A stretch of DNA of 64,000 nucleotides from contig JASTWF010000180.1 in assembly GCA_030390025.1 (NCBI GenBank), positions 682,001 to 746,000 of the forward strand, written 5' to 3'. The position numbers were made by a program, and so were the translations under genes. The DNA is from Squalus acanthias. Lineage: Eukaryota. Under the pieces are notes generated by a model, which saw nothing but the letters and a program-made list of their open reading frames with translations, did no database searches and had not been told where the DNA came from. Positions 33,908 through 47,081 of the stretch are shown here, piece by piece; the first letter of the stretch is position 1; each line of letters opens with the position of its first letter.

Positions 33908-34425
33908 GTAAGCGAGATGTTTAAGGATGTCTGTTTTATGTGTTAGAGCATAAAAGAGAAGCAGGTCAACAAATTAATTGAAATATGGATCAAATGGAGA
34001 AAAGAGACAGAAATCATAACTTTGCTCTGTTGCTGGCAGCCCATCCTTCGAGTTAGAAAGTTGTGAGATGGATCCTCACTCTATACTGAAAACATGTAAT
34101 GCAAGTTGATAGTCCAGCGCTGTACTGAGGGAGGGTTACACTTTCAGAACTACTTGGGAAGCCTTCGGAGAGATCTGGAGAACTGATATATAAATGGTAG
34201 CCTTAGCTTATTAATGAAAAAAGTGCATTATGCTTGAGTGATAAAAATAATATATTTTAAAGCAGAGATACCTAATAAATAACGATGGGCATTTGAAAAC
34301 GGTTTCTACAGATAGTATCACAATTATGGCTGTGATACCAAGTATTCAAATATAACTGCCAGACAGAGCAGCAATGAACTAAAGTTAGCCTGAAGGGAGT
34401 TTTTGTTAAAGGGCTCAATGCTGTG

Positions 34426-34485
34426 TGAATCCTGGAACTAACAAGCTTATCTTTGGAAAAGGGACAAAGTTAACTGTGGAGCCAA
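34426..34485 (+). CDS. TRAJ: TCR alpha J segment J42 (A)
   Basis: RSS 34398-34425; NPGTNKLIFGKGTKLTVEP; GTAGGT. Confidence 0.9.
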
Positions 34486-34907
34486 GTAGGTATTCATTAA
34501 TAACTATAGACTGTCTATTTACTTACATATATGTGTGTGTTCTCTGCACTGCCCACAATGTATCAAATACTTTCTCTAAATATTCAGTTCATCCTGAATA
34601 TTGGAACATTTATGCCGCTTCTTAATGGGATATCGATATGATAATTCAGGGAATAATGCAAAATTCTGCATTTGTTAGTACGTTAACCTGCAATATTGAT
34701 AATGCATATATATAACGTACAGTTAATTTCATAGATAGTCAATCTGCTTGGCATCAGCTGAAGGGTTTCTGCACTGCCATGTAATGCATTGTGCATAATC
34801 GCAATTTATGATGTACAAACCATGTATTCAAACATAACGGCCAGAAAGAGCAGCAATGTACTGAAGTTAGTCTGAAGGGAGTTTTTGCCAAAGGGTTTAA
34901 TGCTGTG

Positions 34908-34967
34908 TGACTGATGGAGGTTACAAAGTAACATTTGGATCTGGGACCAAACTAATGGTGCAGCCAA
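34908..34967 (+). CDS. TRAJ: TCR alpha J segment J43 (B')
   Basis: RSS 34880-34907; TDGGYKVTFGSGTKLMVQP; GTAAGA. Confidence 0.9.
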
Positions 34968-35662
34968 GTAAGAGACGGTTAATTCTGTATTTTTTATTAT
35001 GATGATCACAGTCAAAACATTGTTTTGTTAATAAGTATCGTCAGTTCGTTACATTTAAAGGTATCTATCAGCAAAGACTGAACAGGCTGGGGATCAGTTC
35101 TCTGGGAAAGATAAGGCTGAAGGGTGACTTAATAGAGGTCTTCAACATTGTGAAGAGGTTAGACTTATAGAAGATCTTTCCACTTGTTGGGGAAACCAAA
35201 AGTAGGGCTCATCTGTATGATATAGTTACTAATAAATTCAATAAAGAATTCAGGAAAAAGTTAGTCACCCAGAGAGTGTTAGACTGTGGAACTCGCTACT
35301 ATATGGAGTAGTTTATGGTAATAGCATAGATGCATTTAAGATAAGCAAATGAGGGAGAAAGGATTAGAACGATATGCAGAGAGGATTTGATAAAGTAGGG
35401 AGGGAGGCGGCTTGTGTGGAGCATAAACCCGGGCACAGACACTTGGGCTGAATGGCCTGTTTCTATGCTGCCAGTTCTATCTAATTCAATGTAAAAGTTA
35501 TTTGGTATGGAAGATATTAACTGTTTGCACATCATGAATTCAAAGGGAAAGATAAAAGTTCCAAAACTCAAAAAACGGATGGTTCTTCAAGAAATAACAA
35601 GTGTTGTAATGTCTGGGAATGTCTGGCTGGGGAAGGTTTTTGTATTAGCATATCAGGCTGTG

Positions 35663-35722
35663 TGAGTCTTGATAATACTAAGCTTATATTTGGATCTGGG
35701 ACCAGGCTCAATGTTATACCAA
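35663..35722 (+). CDS. TRAJ: TCR alpha J segment J44 (C)
   Basis: RSS 35635-35662; SLDNTKLIFGSGTRLNVIP; GTAAGT. Confidence 0.9.
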
Positions 35723-36241
35723 GTAAGTGAGATGTTTAAGGATGTGTTTTTTATGTGTTAGAGCATAAAAGAGAAGCAGGTCAACAAATTAGTTAAAATG
35801 TGGATCAAATGAAAACGGTGTCAGAACTGATAACTTTGCTCTGTTTCTGTCAGCCCATCCTTCGAGTTGTGAGATGGATCCTCACTCTATACCGAAAACA
35901 TGTAATGCAAGTTGATAGTCCAGCGCAGTACTGAGGGTGTTTTCCACTTGTAGAACTACTTGGGAAGCATTCAGCGAGTTCTGGTGAACTGATATATAAA
36001 TGGTAGCCTTAGCTTCTTAATGCACAAGAAATAATTCATGTTTGGTTTATAAACAGAGTAAAAATGTTAAAAGGTCATATATGCCTAATAATTATCCATG
36101 TTTATTTAAAATGGTTTGGAGAGAAAGTCTCACAATAATGGGATTGAGTGATACCAAGTATTCAAATATAACAGCCAGAAAGAGCAGCAATGTACTGAAC
36201 TTAGTCTGAAGGGAGTTTTTGCTAATGGACGCAATGCTGTG

Positions 36242-36301
36242 TGAATGCTGGAGCTGGCAAGCTTATCTTTGGAAAAGGGACAAAGTTAACTGTGGAGCTA
36301 A
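36242..36301 (+). CDS. TRAJ: TCR alpha J segment J45 (A)
   Basis: RSS 36214-36241; NAGAGKLIFGKGTKLTVEL; GTAGGT. Confidence 0.88.
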
Positions 36302-37088
36302 GTAGGTATTCATTAATTACTATAGACTGTCTATTTACTTACATATATGTGTGTGTTCTCTGCACTGCCCACAATGTATCAAATCATTTCTCTAACTGTT
36401 CAATTACTCCTAAATATTGGAACATTTCTTATTTCTTATTGGAGTAAGGATATGATAATTCAGGTATCATGAGTGATGGTTCTGATATGTGCAGTTAATT
36501 GTCTGCCATTATGCACCTTATTAACCTAAAATGATGATCTGAATTGAACATGATATTGGAGTATGGATATCATAATTCAGGATTGTTGCCAGCATTATAA
36601 TCTTCAATTAAACACTATAATGCTTACAATCATCTTGAAACTAATTGCCAGCTATTGACGTTAACTACCTGACAATAAAGACACACGACTGTAATAGAAC
36701 AACCTAATCTTCCATTAATGAACCAACCGACTGACATTGGGAGAGAAGTGCCAGAAATCCGAGGTTTGCTCTGTTGTTGTCACTCCATTCTTTGAGTTAG
36801 AAAGTTGCGAGGTGGATCCCGCTCTATAATTAAAACTGGTATATAAATGGCAGACTTAGCTTCTTAATGCACAAGAAATAAGTCATGCTTGGGCTATAAA
36901 CAGAATAGAAAACTTAAAAAGTCATTTATGCATAATAATTATCAATGGTTATTTAAAATGGTTTCTGCAGATAGTGACACAGTAATGCGATTGAGTGATA
37001 TCAAGTATTGAAATATAACCGCCAGAAAGAGCAGCAATGTACTAAAGTTAGTCTGAAGGGAGTTTTTGTTAAAGGCCGCAATGCTGTG

Positions 37089-37151
37089 TGAATACTGGAG
37101 CTAGACACAAGCTTATCTTTGGAAAAGGGACAAAGTTAACTGTGGCGCCAA
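37089..37151 (+). CDS. TRAJ: TCR alpha J segment J46 (A)
   Basis: RSS 37061-37088; NTGARHKLIFGKGTKLTVAP; GTAGGT. Confidence 0.9.
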
Positions 37152-37573
37152 GTAGGTATTCATTAATAACTATAGACTGTCTATTTATTTACATATCCGA
37201 GTGTGTTCTCTGCACTGCCCACAATGTATCAAATAATTTCTCTGAATGTTCAGTTCAATTTGAATATTGGAACATTTATGCAGCTTCTTATTGGAGTATC
37301 GATATGATAATTCAGGGAATAATGCAAGAATAGGCATTTGTTAATAATTCAACCTGGAATATTGATAATGCATATATATAACATACAGTTGATTTCGTAG
37401 ATTGTCAATCTGCTTGGCATCAAGTAAAGGGTTCCTGCACTGGCAGGTAATGCATTGTGCATAATCTCAATGTATGATGTACAAACCAATTATTGAAACA
37501 TAACGGCCAGAAAGAGCAGCAATGAACTAAAGCTAGTCTGCAGGGAGTTTTTGTTAAAGGCCGCAATGCTGTG

Positions 37574-37633
37574 TGAATGATGGAAGTTTCAAAGTAACAT
37601 TTGGATCTGGGACCAAACTAATGGTGCAGCCTA
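37574..37633 (+). CDS. TRAJ: TCR alpha J segment J47 (B')
   Basis: RSS 37546-37573; NDGSFKVTFGSGTKLMVQP; GTAAGT. Confidence 0.9.
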
Positions 37634-38320
37634 GTAAGTGAAGTTTAATTCTGTATTTTTATTATGATGATCACAGTCAAAACATTGTTTTGTCGATAAG
37701 CATCATCAGTTCATTACAATTAAAGGTAACTATCAGCAAAGACTGAACAGGTTGAGGATCAGTTCTCTGGAAAGAGAAGGCTGAAAGGTGACTTAATAGA
37801 GGTCTTCAACATGATGAAGGGAATAGACTTATAGAAGATCTTTCCACTTGTTGGGGAAACCAAAACTAGGAGTCACCAATCGGAGATAGTCACTAATAAA
37901 TCCAATAAAGAATTCAGGAGAAACTTATTTACCCAGAGAGTGCTTAGAATGTGGACCTCGCTACTACATGGAGTAGTTTATGGGAATAGCATAGATGCAT
38001 TTAAGATAAGCACATGAGGAAGAAAGGATTAGAAGGATAGTTAGAGAGGGTTCGATAAAGCAGGCAGGGAGGAGGCTTGTGTGGAGCATAAACCCGGGCA
38101 CAGACCAGTTGGGCCGAATGGGTTGTTTCTGTGCTGCCAATTCTATGTAATGTTATTTGCTATGGAAGATATTAACTATTTGCACATCATAAATTCAAAG
38201 GGAATGTAAAAATTCCAAAACTTAACTCAATAAACAGATGGTTCTTTAAGAATAACAAGTGATGTAATGTCTGGGAATGTCTGCCTGGGGAAGGTTTTAG
38301 TATCAGTATATCAGGCTGTG

Positions 38321-38380
38321 TGAATCTTGCTGGTAATAAGCTGTTCTTTGGATCTGGGACCAGGCTCAATGTTATCCCAA
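38321..38380 (+). CDS. TRAJ: TCR alpha J segment J48 (C)
   Basis: RSS 38293-38320; NLAGNKLFFGSGTRLNVIP; GTAAGT. Confidence 0.9.
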
Positions 38381-38889
38381 GTAAGTGAGATGTTTAAGGA
38401 TGTCTGTTTTATGTGTTAGAACATAAAAGAGAAGCAGGTCAACAAATTAATTAAAATGTGGATCAAATAGAGAAAACTGTCAGCAATCATAACTTTGCTC
38501 TATTGCTGGCAGTTAGAAAGTTGTGAGCTGGATCCTCACTCTATACCGAAAACATGTAATGCAAGGTGATAGTCCAGCGCAGTACTGAGGGAGGGTTCCA
38601 TTTTCAGAACTACTTGGGAAGCATTCGGGAAGTTTTGGTGAACTGCTATATAAATGGTAGCCTTAGAGTATTAATGAAAAAAGTAAGTTATGCTTGGGTG
38701 ATAAAAATAATATATTTTAAATCAGAGATACCTAATAAATAACAATGGGCATTTGAAAACGGTTTCTACAGATAGTATCGCAATTATGGGATTGTGTGCT
38801 ACCAAGTATTCAAATATAACCGCCAGAAAGAGCAGCAATGAACTAAAGTGAGTCAGAAGGGGGTTTTTGTTAAAGGCCGCAATGCTGTG

Positions 38890-38949
38890 TGAATGATGGA
38901 GCTAGAAAGCTTATCTTTGGAAAAGGGACAAAGTTAACTGTTCAGCCAA
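38890..38949 (+). CDS. TRAJ: TCR alpha J segment J49 (A)
   Basis: RSS 38862-38889; NDGARKLIFGKGTKLTVQP; GTAGGT. Confidence 0.9.
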
Positions 38950-39371
38950 GTAGGTATTAATTCACAACTGTAGACTGTCTATTTACTTACATATCTGGGT
39001 GTGTTCTCTGAACTGCTGACAATGTATCAAATCATTTCTCTAAATGTTCAATTCATCCTGAATATTGGAACATTTATGCCGCTTCTTATTGGAGTAGGGA
39101 TATGATAATTCAGGGAATAATGCAAGATTAGGCATTTGTTAATAATTCAACCTGGAATATTGATAATGCATATATATAACGTACGGTTGATTTCATAGAT
39201 AGTCAATATGATTGGCATCAGGTAAAGGGTTTCTGCACTGCCATGTAATGCATTGTGCATAATCTCAATTTATGATGTGCAAACCAAGTATTCAAACATA
39301 GCGGCCAGAAAGAGCAGTAATGTACTGAAGTTAGTCTGAAGAGAGTTTTTGTTAAAGGCCACAATGCTGTG

Positions 39372-39431
39372 TGACTACTGGAAGTTTCAAAGTAACATTT
39401 GGATCTGGGACCAAACTAATGGTGCAGCCTA
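39372..39431 (+). CDS. TRAJ: TCR alpha J segment J50 (B')
   Basis: RSS 39344-39371; TTGSFKVTFGSGTKLMVQP; GTAAGA. Confidence 0.9.
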
Positions 39432-39935
39432 GTAAGAGAAGTTTCATTCTGTATTTTTATTATGATGATCACAGTCAAAACATTGTTTTGTTAATAAGTA
39501 TCGTCAGTTCGTTACAATTAAAGGTGACTATCAGCAAAGACTGACCAGGCTGGGGATCAGTTCTCTGGGAAAGAGAAGGCTGAAGAGTCACTTAATAGAG
39601 GTCTTCAACATGATGAAGAGGTCAGACTTATAGAAGATCTTTCCACTTGTTGGGGAGACCAAAACTAGGGCTCATCTGTAGGATATAGTCATTAATAAAT
39701 TCAATAAAGTAATCAGGAAAAAGTTATTTACCCAGAGATTGCTTAGAATGTGGAACCCGCTACTACATGAAGTAGTTTATGGGAATAGTATAGATGCATT
39801 TAACATAAGCACATGAGGGAGAAAGGAATAGAAGGATATGCAGAGAGGGTTCGATTTAGTAGGGAGGGAGGAGGATTGTGTGGCGCATAAACCCGGGCAC
39901 AGAACACTTGGGATGAATGGGTTGTTTCTGTGCTG

Positions 39936-40031
39936 TAAGAAATATAGAAACAGAGAAACATAGAAGATAGGAGCGGGAGTGGGTCATTCGGCCCCTCGAG
40001 CCTGCTCCGCCATTCAATGCGATCATTGCTG
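39936..40031 (-). mobile_element. Unit-specific CR1-type 3' tail insertion
   Basis: (AGAAACAT)n-like tail + GGTCATTCGGCCCCTCGAGCCTGCTCCGCCATTCAAT, absent from other units. Confidence 0.75.
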
Positions 40032-40222
40032 AAATTCTATGTAATTCTATGTAAAAGTTATTTGATATGGAAGATATTAACTGTTTGCACATCATGAATT
40101 CAAAGGGAAAGATAAAAGTTCCAAAACTCCAAAAACGGATGGTTCTTTAAGAAATAACAAGTGAAGTAATGTCTGGGAATGTCTGGTTGGGGAAGGTTTT
40201 AGTATTAGTATATCAGGCTGTG

Positions 40223-40279
40223 TGAATCTTGCTGATAAGCTGATCTTTGGAACTGGGACCAGGCTCAATGTTATACCAA
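40223..40279 (+). CDS. TRAJ: TCR alpha J segment J51 (C)
   Basis: RSS 40195-40222; NLADKLIFGTGTRLNVIP; GTAAGT. Confidence 0.9.
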
Positions 40280-40803
40280 GTAAGTGAGATATTTAAGGAT
40301 GTCTGTTTTATGTGTTAGAGCACAAAAGAGAAGCAGGTCAACAAATTAATTGAAAAATGGATCAAAGGGAAATAAGTGTCAGAAATCATAACTTTACTTT
40401 GTTGCTGGCAGCCCATCCTTCGAGTTAGAAAGTTGTGAGATGGATCCTCACTCTATACCGAAAACATTTAAGAAAGTTGATAGTCCAGCGCAGTACTGAA
40501 GGAGTATTACATTTTCAGAACTACTTGGGAAGGCTTCGGAGAGTTCTGGTGACCTGATATATAAATGGTAGCCTTAGAGTATTAATGAAAAAAGAAATTT
40601 GTGCTTGGGTGATACACAAAATATTTTTATTAAAATCAGATTTGCCTAAAAAATAACAATGGGCATTTGGAAACGGTTTCTACAGATAGCATCACAATTA
40701 CGGGATTGAGTGATACCAAGTAATCAACTATAAACACCAGACAGAGCAGTAATGAACTAAAGTTAGTCTGAAGGGAGTTTTTGTTAAAGGCCGCAATGCT
40801 GTG

Positions 40804-40866
40804 TGAATGATGGAGGTTACACCAAGCTTATCTTTGGAAAAGGGACCAAGTTAACTGTGGAGCCAA
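40804..40866 (+). CDS. TRAJ: TCR alpha J segment J52 (A)
   Basis: RSS 40776-40803; NDGGYTKLIFGKGTKLTVEP; GTAGGT. Confidence 0.9.
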
Positions 40867-41289
40867 GTAGGTATTCATTAATAACTATAGACTTTCTATT
40901 TACTTACATATATGTGTGTGTTCTCTGCACTGCCTATAATGTATCAAATCATTTCTCTAAATGTTCAGTTCATACTGAATATTGGAACATTTATGCCGCT
41001 TCTTAATGCGGTATTCATATGATAATTCAGGGAAAAATGCAAAATTTTGCATTTGTTTGTATTTTACCCTGGAATATTGATAATGCATATATATAACGTA
41101 CATTTGATTTCGTAAATAGTCAATCTGCGTGGCATCAGGTGAAGGGTTTCAGCACTGCCATGTAATGCATTGTGCATAATCTCAATTTATGATGTGCAAA
41201 CCAAGTATTCAAACCTAACGGCCAAGAAAGAGCAGTAATGAACTAAAGTTAGTCTGACGGGAGTTTTTGCCAAAGGCCGAAATGATGTG

Positions 41290-41349
41290 TGAATGTTGGA
41301 GGTTACAAACTAACATTTGGATCTGGGACCAAACTAATGGTGCAGCCAA
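41290..41349 (+). CDS. TRAJ: TCR alpha J segment J53 (B')
   Basis: RSS 41262-41289 (TGATGTG); NVGGYKLTFGSGTKLMVQP; GTAAGT. Confidence 0.88.
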
Positions 41350-42039
41350 GTAAGTGCAGTTTAATTCTGTATTTTCTATTATGATGTTCACAGTCAAAAC
41401 ATTGTTTTGTTAATAAGTTTCGTCAGTTCATTATAACTAAAGGTAAATATCAGTAAAGGCTGAACAGGCTGGGGATCAGTTCTCCAGGAACGAGAAGGCT
41501 GAAATGTGACTTAATAGAGGTCTTCAACATTATGAAGAGGTTAGACTTATAGAAGATCTTTCCACTTGTTGGGGAGACCAAAACTAGGGCTCATCTGTAT
41601 GATATAGTTACTAATCAATCCAATAAAGAATTCAGGAGAAAGTTATTTACCCAGAGAGTGTTAGAATGTGGAACTCGCAACTAAATGGAGTATTTGATGG
41701 GAATAGCATAGATTCATTTATGATATCAACATGAGGGAGAAAGGATTAGAAGGATCTGCAGAGATTGTTTGATAAAGTAGGGAGGGAGGAGGCTTGTGTG
41801 GAGCATAAACCCGGGCATAGACCAGTTGGGCCGAATGGCCTTTTTCTTTGCTGTCAATTCTATGTTAAAGTTATTTGTATGGAAGATATTAACTGTTTGC
41901 CCATCATAAATTTAAAGGGAAATGTAAACATTCCACAACTTAACTCAAAAAACGGGTGGTTCATTAAGAAATAACAAGTGATATTATGTCTGGGAATGTC
42001 TGGCTGGGGAAGGTTTTAGTATCAGTATATCAGACTGTC

Positions 42040-42099
42040 TGAATCTTGGTAATACTATGCTGCTCTTTGGATCTGGGACCAGGCTCAATGTTATCCCAA
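42040..42099 (+). pseudogene. TRAJ: TCR alpha J segment J54 (C), broken heptamer
   Basis: GGTTTTAGT(42012)-12-GACTGTC (terminal GTG lost); NLGNTMLLFGSGTRLNVIP. Confidence 0.8.
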
Positions 42100-42623
42100 G
42101 TAAGTGAGATGTTTAAGGATGTCTCTTTTATGTGTTCGAGCATAAAAGAGAAGAAAGTCAACAAAGTAATTAAAATGTGGATGCAATGCAGGAAAGTGTC
42201 AGAAATCATAACTTTACTCTGTTGCTGGCAGCCCATTCTTCGAGTTAGAAAGTTGTGAGATGGATCCTCACTCTATACCGAAAATATATAATGCAAGGTG
42301 ATAGTCCAGCACAGTACTGAGGGAGGGTTCCATTTTCAGAACTATTTGGGAAGCATTCAGAGAGTTCTGGTGAGCTGATATATAAATGGTAGCCTTAGAG
42401 TATTAATGAAAAAAGTAAGTTATGCTTGAGTGATAAACAGAATATTTTTATTAAAGTCAGATACGCCAAAAAATAACAATGGGCATTTGAAAACGGTTAC
42501 TACAAATAGTTTCACAATTATGGCATTGAGTGATACCAAGTTTTCAAATATAACCGCCAGACAGAGCAGCAATGTACTAAAGTTAGTCTGAAGGAAGTTT
42601 TTGCTACAGGGCGCAATGCTGTG

Positions 42624-42684
42624 AATGATGGAGCTATCACTAAGCTTACCTTTGGAAAAGGGACAAAGTTAACTGTGGAGCCAA
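42624..42684 (+). CDS. TRAJ: TCR alpha J segment J55 (A)
   Basis: RSS 42596-42623; lacks leading TG; NDGAITKLTFGKGTKLTVEP; GTAGGT. Confidence 0.88.
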
Positions 42685-43433
42685 GTAGGTATTCATTAAT
42701 GACTATAGACTGTCTATTTACTGACATATATGTGTGTGTTTTCTGCACTGCCCACAATGTATCAAAAAAATTCTCTATACGTTCAATTAATCCTGAATAT
42801 TGGAATATTTATGCCGCTTCTTATTGGAGTATGGATATCATAATGCAGGATTATTGCCAGCATTATAATCTTTAATTAAAGACTATAATGCTTACAATCA
42901 TCTTGAAACTAATTACCAGATGTTGACGTTAACTACAGGACAATAAAGACACATGACTGTAATAGAACAACCTAATCTTTCATTAATGAACCAACAAACT
43001 GGCATTGTGAGAGAAGGGTCAGAAATCCTAGGTTTGCTTAGTTGTTGTCAGCCCAACCTGTGCGTTAGAAAGTTGCGAGGTGGATCCTCGCTCTTTATCG
43101 AAAACATGTACTGCAAGTTGATAGTCCAGCGAAGTACAGAGGGAGTGTTCCACTTTTAGAACTACTTGGGAAGCATTCGGGGAGTTCTGGTGATCTGATA
43201 TATAAAGGGTAGCCTTAGCTTTATAATGCTCAAGAAATTAGTCATGTTTGGATTATCAACAGAATATTTTAATTAAAAAAGTCACACATACCTAATAATA
43301 AAATGGTTTGTACAGATAGTTACACAATAATGGGATTGAGTGATACCAAGTATTCAAATATAACCGCCAGACAGAGCAGCAATGTACTAAAGTTAGTCTG
43401 AAGGGAGTTTTTGTTAAAGGCCGCAATGCTGTG

Positions 43434-43496
43434 TGAACCTTGGAGGTAACAACAAGCTTATCTTTGGAAAAGGGACAAAGTTAACTGTGGAGCCAA
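43434..43496 (+). CDS. TRAJ: TCR alpha J segment J56 (A)
   Basis: RSS 43406-43433; NLGGNNKLIFGKGTKLTVEP; GTAGGT. Confidence 0.9.
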
Positions 43497-43819
43497 GTAG
43501 GTATTCATTAATAACTACAGACTGTCTATTTATTTGCATATATGTGTGTGTTCGCTGGACAGCCTACAATGTATCAAATCATTTCTCTGAATGTTCAGTT
43601 AATCCTGAATATTGGAACATTTATGCCGCTTATTATTGGAGTATGGATATGATAATTCAGGTATCATAAGTGATGCTGGATTAATGCAAGAATAGGCACT
43701 TGTTAATAATTAACCTGGAATATTGATAATGCTTAAAAATAGCATACAGTTCATTTCATAGATAGTCAATATGCTTGGTATCAGTTAAGAGAGTTTATGA
43801 ACTGGTATGTAATGATGTG

Positions 43820-43876
43820 TGAATAATCTCAATACACTAACATTTGGATCTGGGACCAGACTAATGGTGCAGCCAA
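43820..43876 (+). CDS. TRAJ: TCR alpha J segment J57 (B, ancestral type)
   Basis: AGTTTATGA(43792)-12-TGATGTG (weak); NNLNTLTFGSGTRLMVQP; GTAAGT. Confidence 0.82.
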
Positions 43877-44530
43877 GTAAGTGCAGTTTAATTCTGTATT
43901 TTCTATTATGATGATCACAGTCAAAACATTGTTTTGTTAATAAGTATCGTCAGTTCGTTACAATTAAAGGTGACTATCAGCAAAAGCTGAACAGGCTGGG
44001 GATCATTTCTCTAGGAAAGAGAAGGCTGAAGTGTGACTTAATAGAGGTCTTCAAGATTGTGAAGAGGTTAGACTTAGAGAAGATCTTTCCACTTGTTGGG
44101 GAGACCAAAACTAGTGCCCATCTGTATGATATAGTTACTAATACATCCAAATTAGAAAGTGGAACTCGCTACTACATGGAGTAGTTGTTGGGAGCAGCAT
44201 AGGTGCATTTAACATACGCACATGAGGGGGAAAGGATTAGAAGGAGCTGCAGAGAGGGTTAAATAAAGTAGGGAGGGAGGAGACTTGTGTGGAGCATAAA
44301 GACGGGCACAGAACACTTGGGATGAATGTTTCTGTGCTGCCAATTCTATGTAATTCTATGTAAAAGTTATTTGGTATGGAAAATATTAACTGTTTGTAAA
44401 TCATAAATCAAAGGGAAAGTTAAAAGATCCAAAACTCATAAAACGGATGGTTCTTTAAGAAATAACAAGTCATGTAATGTCTGGGAATGTCTGGCTGCGG
44501 AAGGTTTTAGTATCAGTATATCAGGCTGTG

Positions 44531-44590
44531 TGAATGTTGGTAATGATAAGCTGATCTTTGGAACTGGGACCAGGATCAATGTTATACCAA
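44531..44590 (+). CDS. TRAJ: TCR alpha J segment J58 (C)
   Basis: RSS 44503-44530; NVGNDKLIFGTGTRINVIP; GTAAGT. Confidence 0.9.
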
Positions 44591-45114
44591 GTAAGTGAGA
44601 TGTGTAAGGATGTCTGTTTTATGTGTTAGAGCATAAAAGAGAAGCAGGTCAATGAATTAATTAAAATGTGGATCAAATGAAAAAAGTGTCAGAAATCATA
44701 CCTTTGTTCTGTTGCTGGCAGCCCATCCTTCGACTTAGAAAGTTGTGAGATGGATCCTCACTCTATACCGAAAACATGTAATGTAAGTTGATAGTCCAGC
44801 GCAGTACTGAGGGAGGGTTCCACTTTCAGAGCTACTTGGGAAGCCTTCGTAGAGTTCTGATGATCTGATATGTAAATGGTAGCCTTAGCATATTAACGAA
44901 AAAAGTAAGTTATGCTTGGGTGATAAACAGAATATTTTTATTAAAATCAGGTTTGCCGAAAAATAATAATGGGCATTTGAAAACGGTTACTACAAATAGT
45001 TTCACAATTATGGCATTGAGCGATACCAATGTTTTCAAATATAACGGCCAGACAGAGCAGCAATGCACTAAAGTTATTCTGAAGGGTATTTTTGCTACAG
45101 TGCGCAATGCTGTG

Positions 45115-45177
45115 TGAATGATGGAAGTATCAATAAGCTTACCTTTGGAAAAGGGACCAAGTTAACTGTGGAGCCAA
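45115..45177 (+). CDS. TRAJ: TCR alpha J segment J59 (A)
   Basis: RSS 45087-45114; NDGSINKLTFGKGTKLTVEP; GTAGGT. Confidence 0.88.
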
Positions 45178-45926
45178 GTAGGTATTCATTAATAACTATA
45201 GACTGTCTATTGATTTACATATATGTGTGTGTTCTCTGAACTGCCCACAATGTATCAAAAAATGTCTCTATACGATCAATTAATCCTGAATATTGGAATA
45301 TTTATGATGCTTCTTATTGGATTATGGATATCATAATACAGGATTATTGCCAGCATTATAATCTTTAATTAAACACTATAATGCTTACAATCATCTTGAA
45401 ACAAATTACCAGCTATTGACGTTAACTACAGGACAATAAAGACACATGACTGTAATAGAACAACCTAATCTTTCATTAGTGAACCAACAGACTGGCATTG
45501 GGAGAGAAGGGTCAGAAATCCGAGGTTTGCGCAGTTGTTCAGAGCCCATCTTGTGCGTTAGAAAGTTGCGAGGTGGATCCTCGCTCTATATCGAAAACAT
45601 GTAACGCAAGTTGATAGTTCAGCGAAGTACAGAGGGAGTGTTCCACATTTAGAACTACTTGGGAAGCATTCGGGGAGTTCTGGTGATCTGATATATAAAT
45701 GGTAGCCTGACCTTTCCAACGCACAAGAAAAAGTCCTGTTTGGATTATCAACAGACTATTTTAATAAAAAAAGTCACACATACCTAATAATTAAAATGGT
45801 TTGTACAGATAGTTGCACAATAATGGGATTGAGTGATCCCAAGTATTCAAGTATAACCGCCAGGCAGAGCAGCAATGCACTAAAGTTAGTCTGAAGGGAG
45901 TTTTTGTTAAAGGACGCAAGGCTGTG

Positions 45927-45989
45927 TGAATGCTGCAGCTAACGATAAGCTTATCTTTGGAAAAGGGACCCAGTTAACTGTGGAGCCAA
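45927..45989 (+). CDS. TRAJ: TCR alpha J segment J60 (A)
   Basis: RSS 45899-45926; NAAANDKLIFGKGTQLTVEP; GTAGGT. Confidence 0.9.
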
Positions 45990-46312
45990 GTAGGTATTCA
46001 TTAATAACTATAGACTGTCTATTTACTTACATATATGTGTGTGTTCTCTGAACTGCCTACAATGTATCAAAAAATTTCTCTGAATGTTCAATTAATCCTG
46101 AATATTGGAACATTTATGCCGATTATTATTGCACTATGGATATGATAATTCAGGTATCATAAGTGATGCTGGATTAATGCAAGAAGAGGCACTTGTTAAT
46201 AATTAACCTGGAATATTGATAATGCTTAAATATAACATGCAGTTCATTTCATAGATAGTCAATATGCTTCGCATCAGGTAAAAGAGTTTATGAACTGGTT
46301 TGTAATGATGTG

Positions 46313-46369
46313 TGAATAATCTCAATGCACTAACATTTGGATCTGGGACCAGACTAATGGTGCAGCCAA
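46313..46369 (+). CDS. TRAJ: TCR alpha J segment J61 (B, ancestral type)
   Basis: AGTTTATGA(46285)-12-TGATGTG (weak); NNLNALTFGSGTRLMVQP; GTAAGT. Confidence 0.82.
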
Positions 46370-47024
46370 GTAAGTGAAGTTTAATTCTGTATTTTCTATT
46401 ATGATGATCACAGTCAAAACATTGTTTTGTTAATAAGTATCGTCAGTTCGTTACAATTAAAGGTGACTATCAGCAAAAGCTGAACAGGCTGGGGATCAGT
46501 TCTCTAGGAAAGAGAAGGCTGCAGTGTGACTTAATAGAGGTCTTCAACATTGTGAAGAGGTTAGACTTAGAGAAGATCTTTCCACTTGTTGGGGAGACCA
46601 AAACTAGTGCCCATCTGTATGATAAAGTCATTAATACATCCAAATTAGAATGTGGAACTCGCTACTACATGGAGTAGTTGATGGGAATAGCATAGATGCA
46701 TTTAACATACGCACATGAGGGGGAAAGGATTAGAAGGATCTGCAGAGAGGGTTAAATAAAGTAGGGAGGGAGGAGGCTTGTGTGGAGCATAAAGACGGGC
46801 ACAGAACACTTGGGATGAATGTTTCTGTGCTGCCAATTCTATGTAATTCTATGTAAAAGTTATTTGGTATGGAAGATATTAACTGTTTGCACATCATAAA
46901 TTCAAAGGGAAAAATAAAAGTTCCAAAACTCATAAAACGGATGGTTCTTTAAGAAATAACAAGTGATGTAATGTCTGGGAATGTCTGGCTGCGGAAGGTT
47001 TTAGTATCAGTATATCAGGCTGTG

Positions 47025-47081
47025 TGAATGTTGGTAATAAGCTGATCTTTGGAACTGGGACCAGGCTCAATGTTATACCAA
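47025..47081 (+). CDS. TRAJ: TCR alpha J segment J62 (C)
   Basis: RSS 46997-47024; NVGNKLIFGTGTRLNVIP; GTAAGT. Confidence 0.9.
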
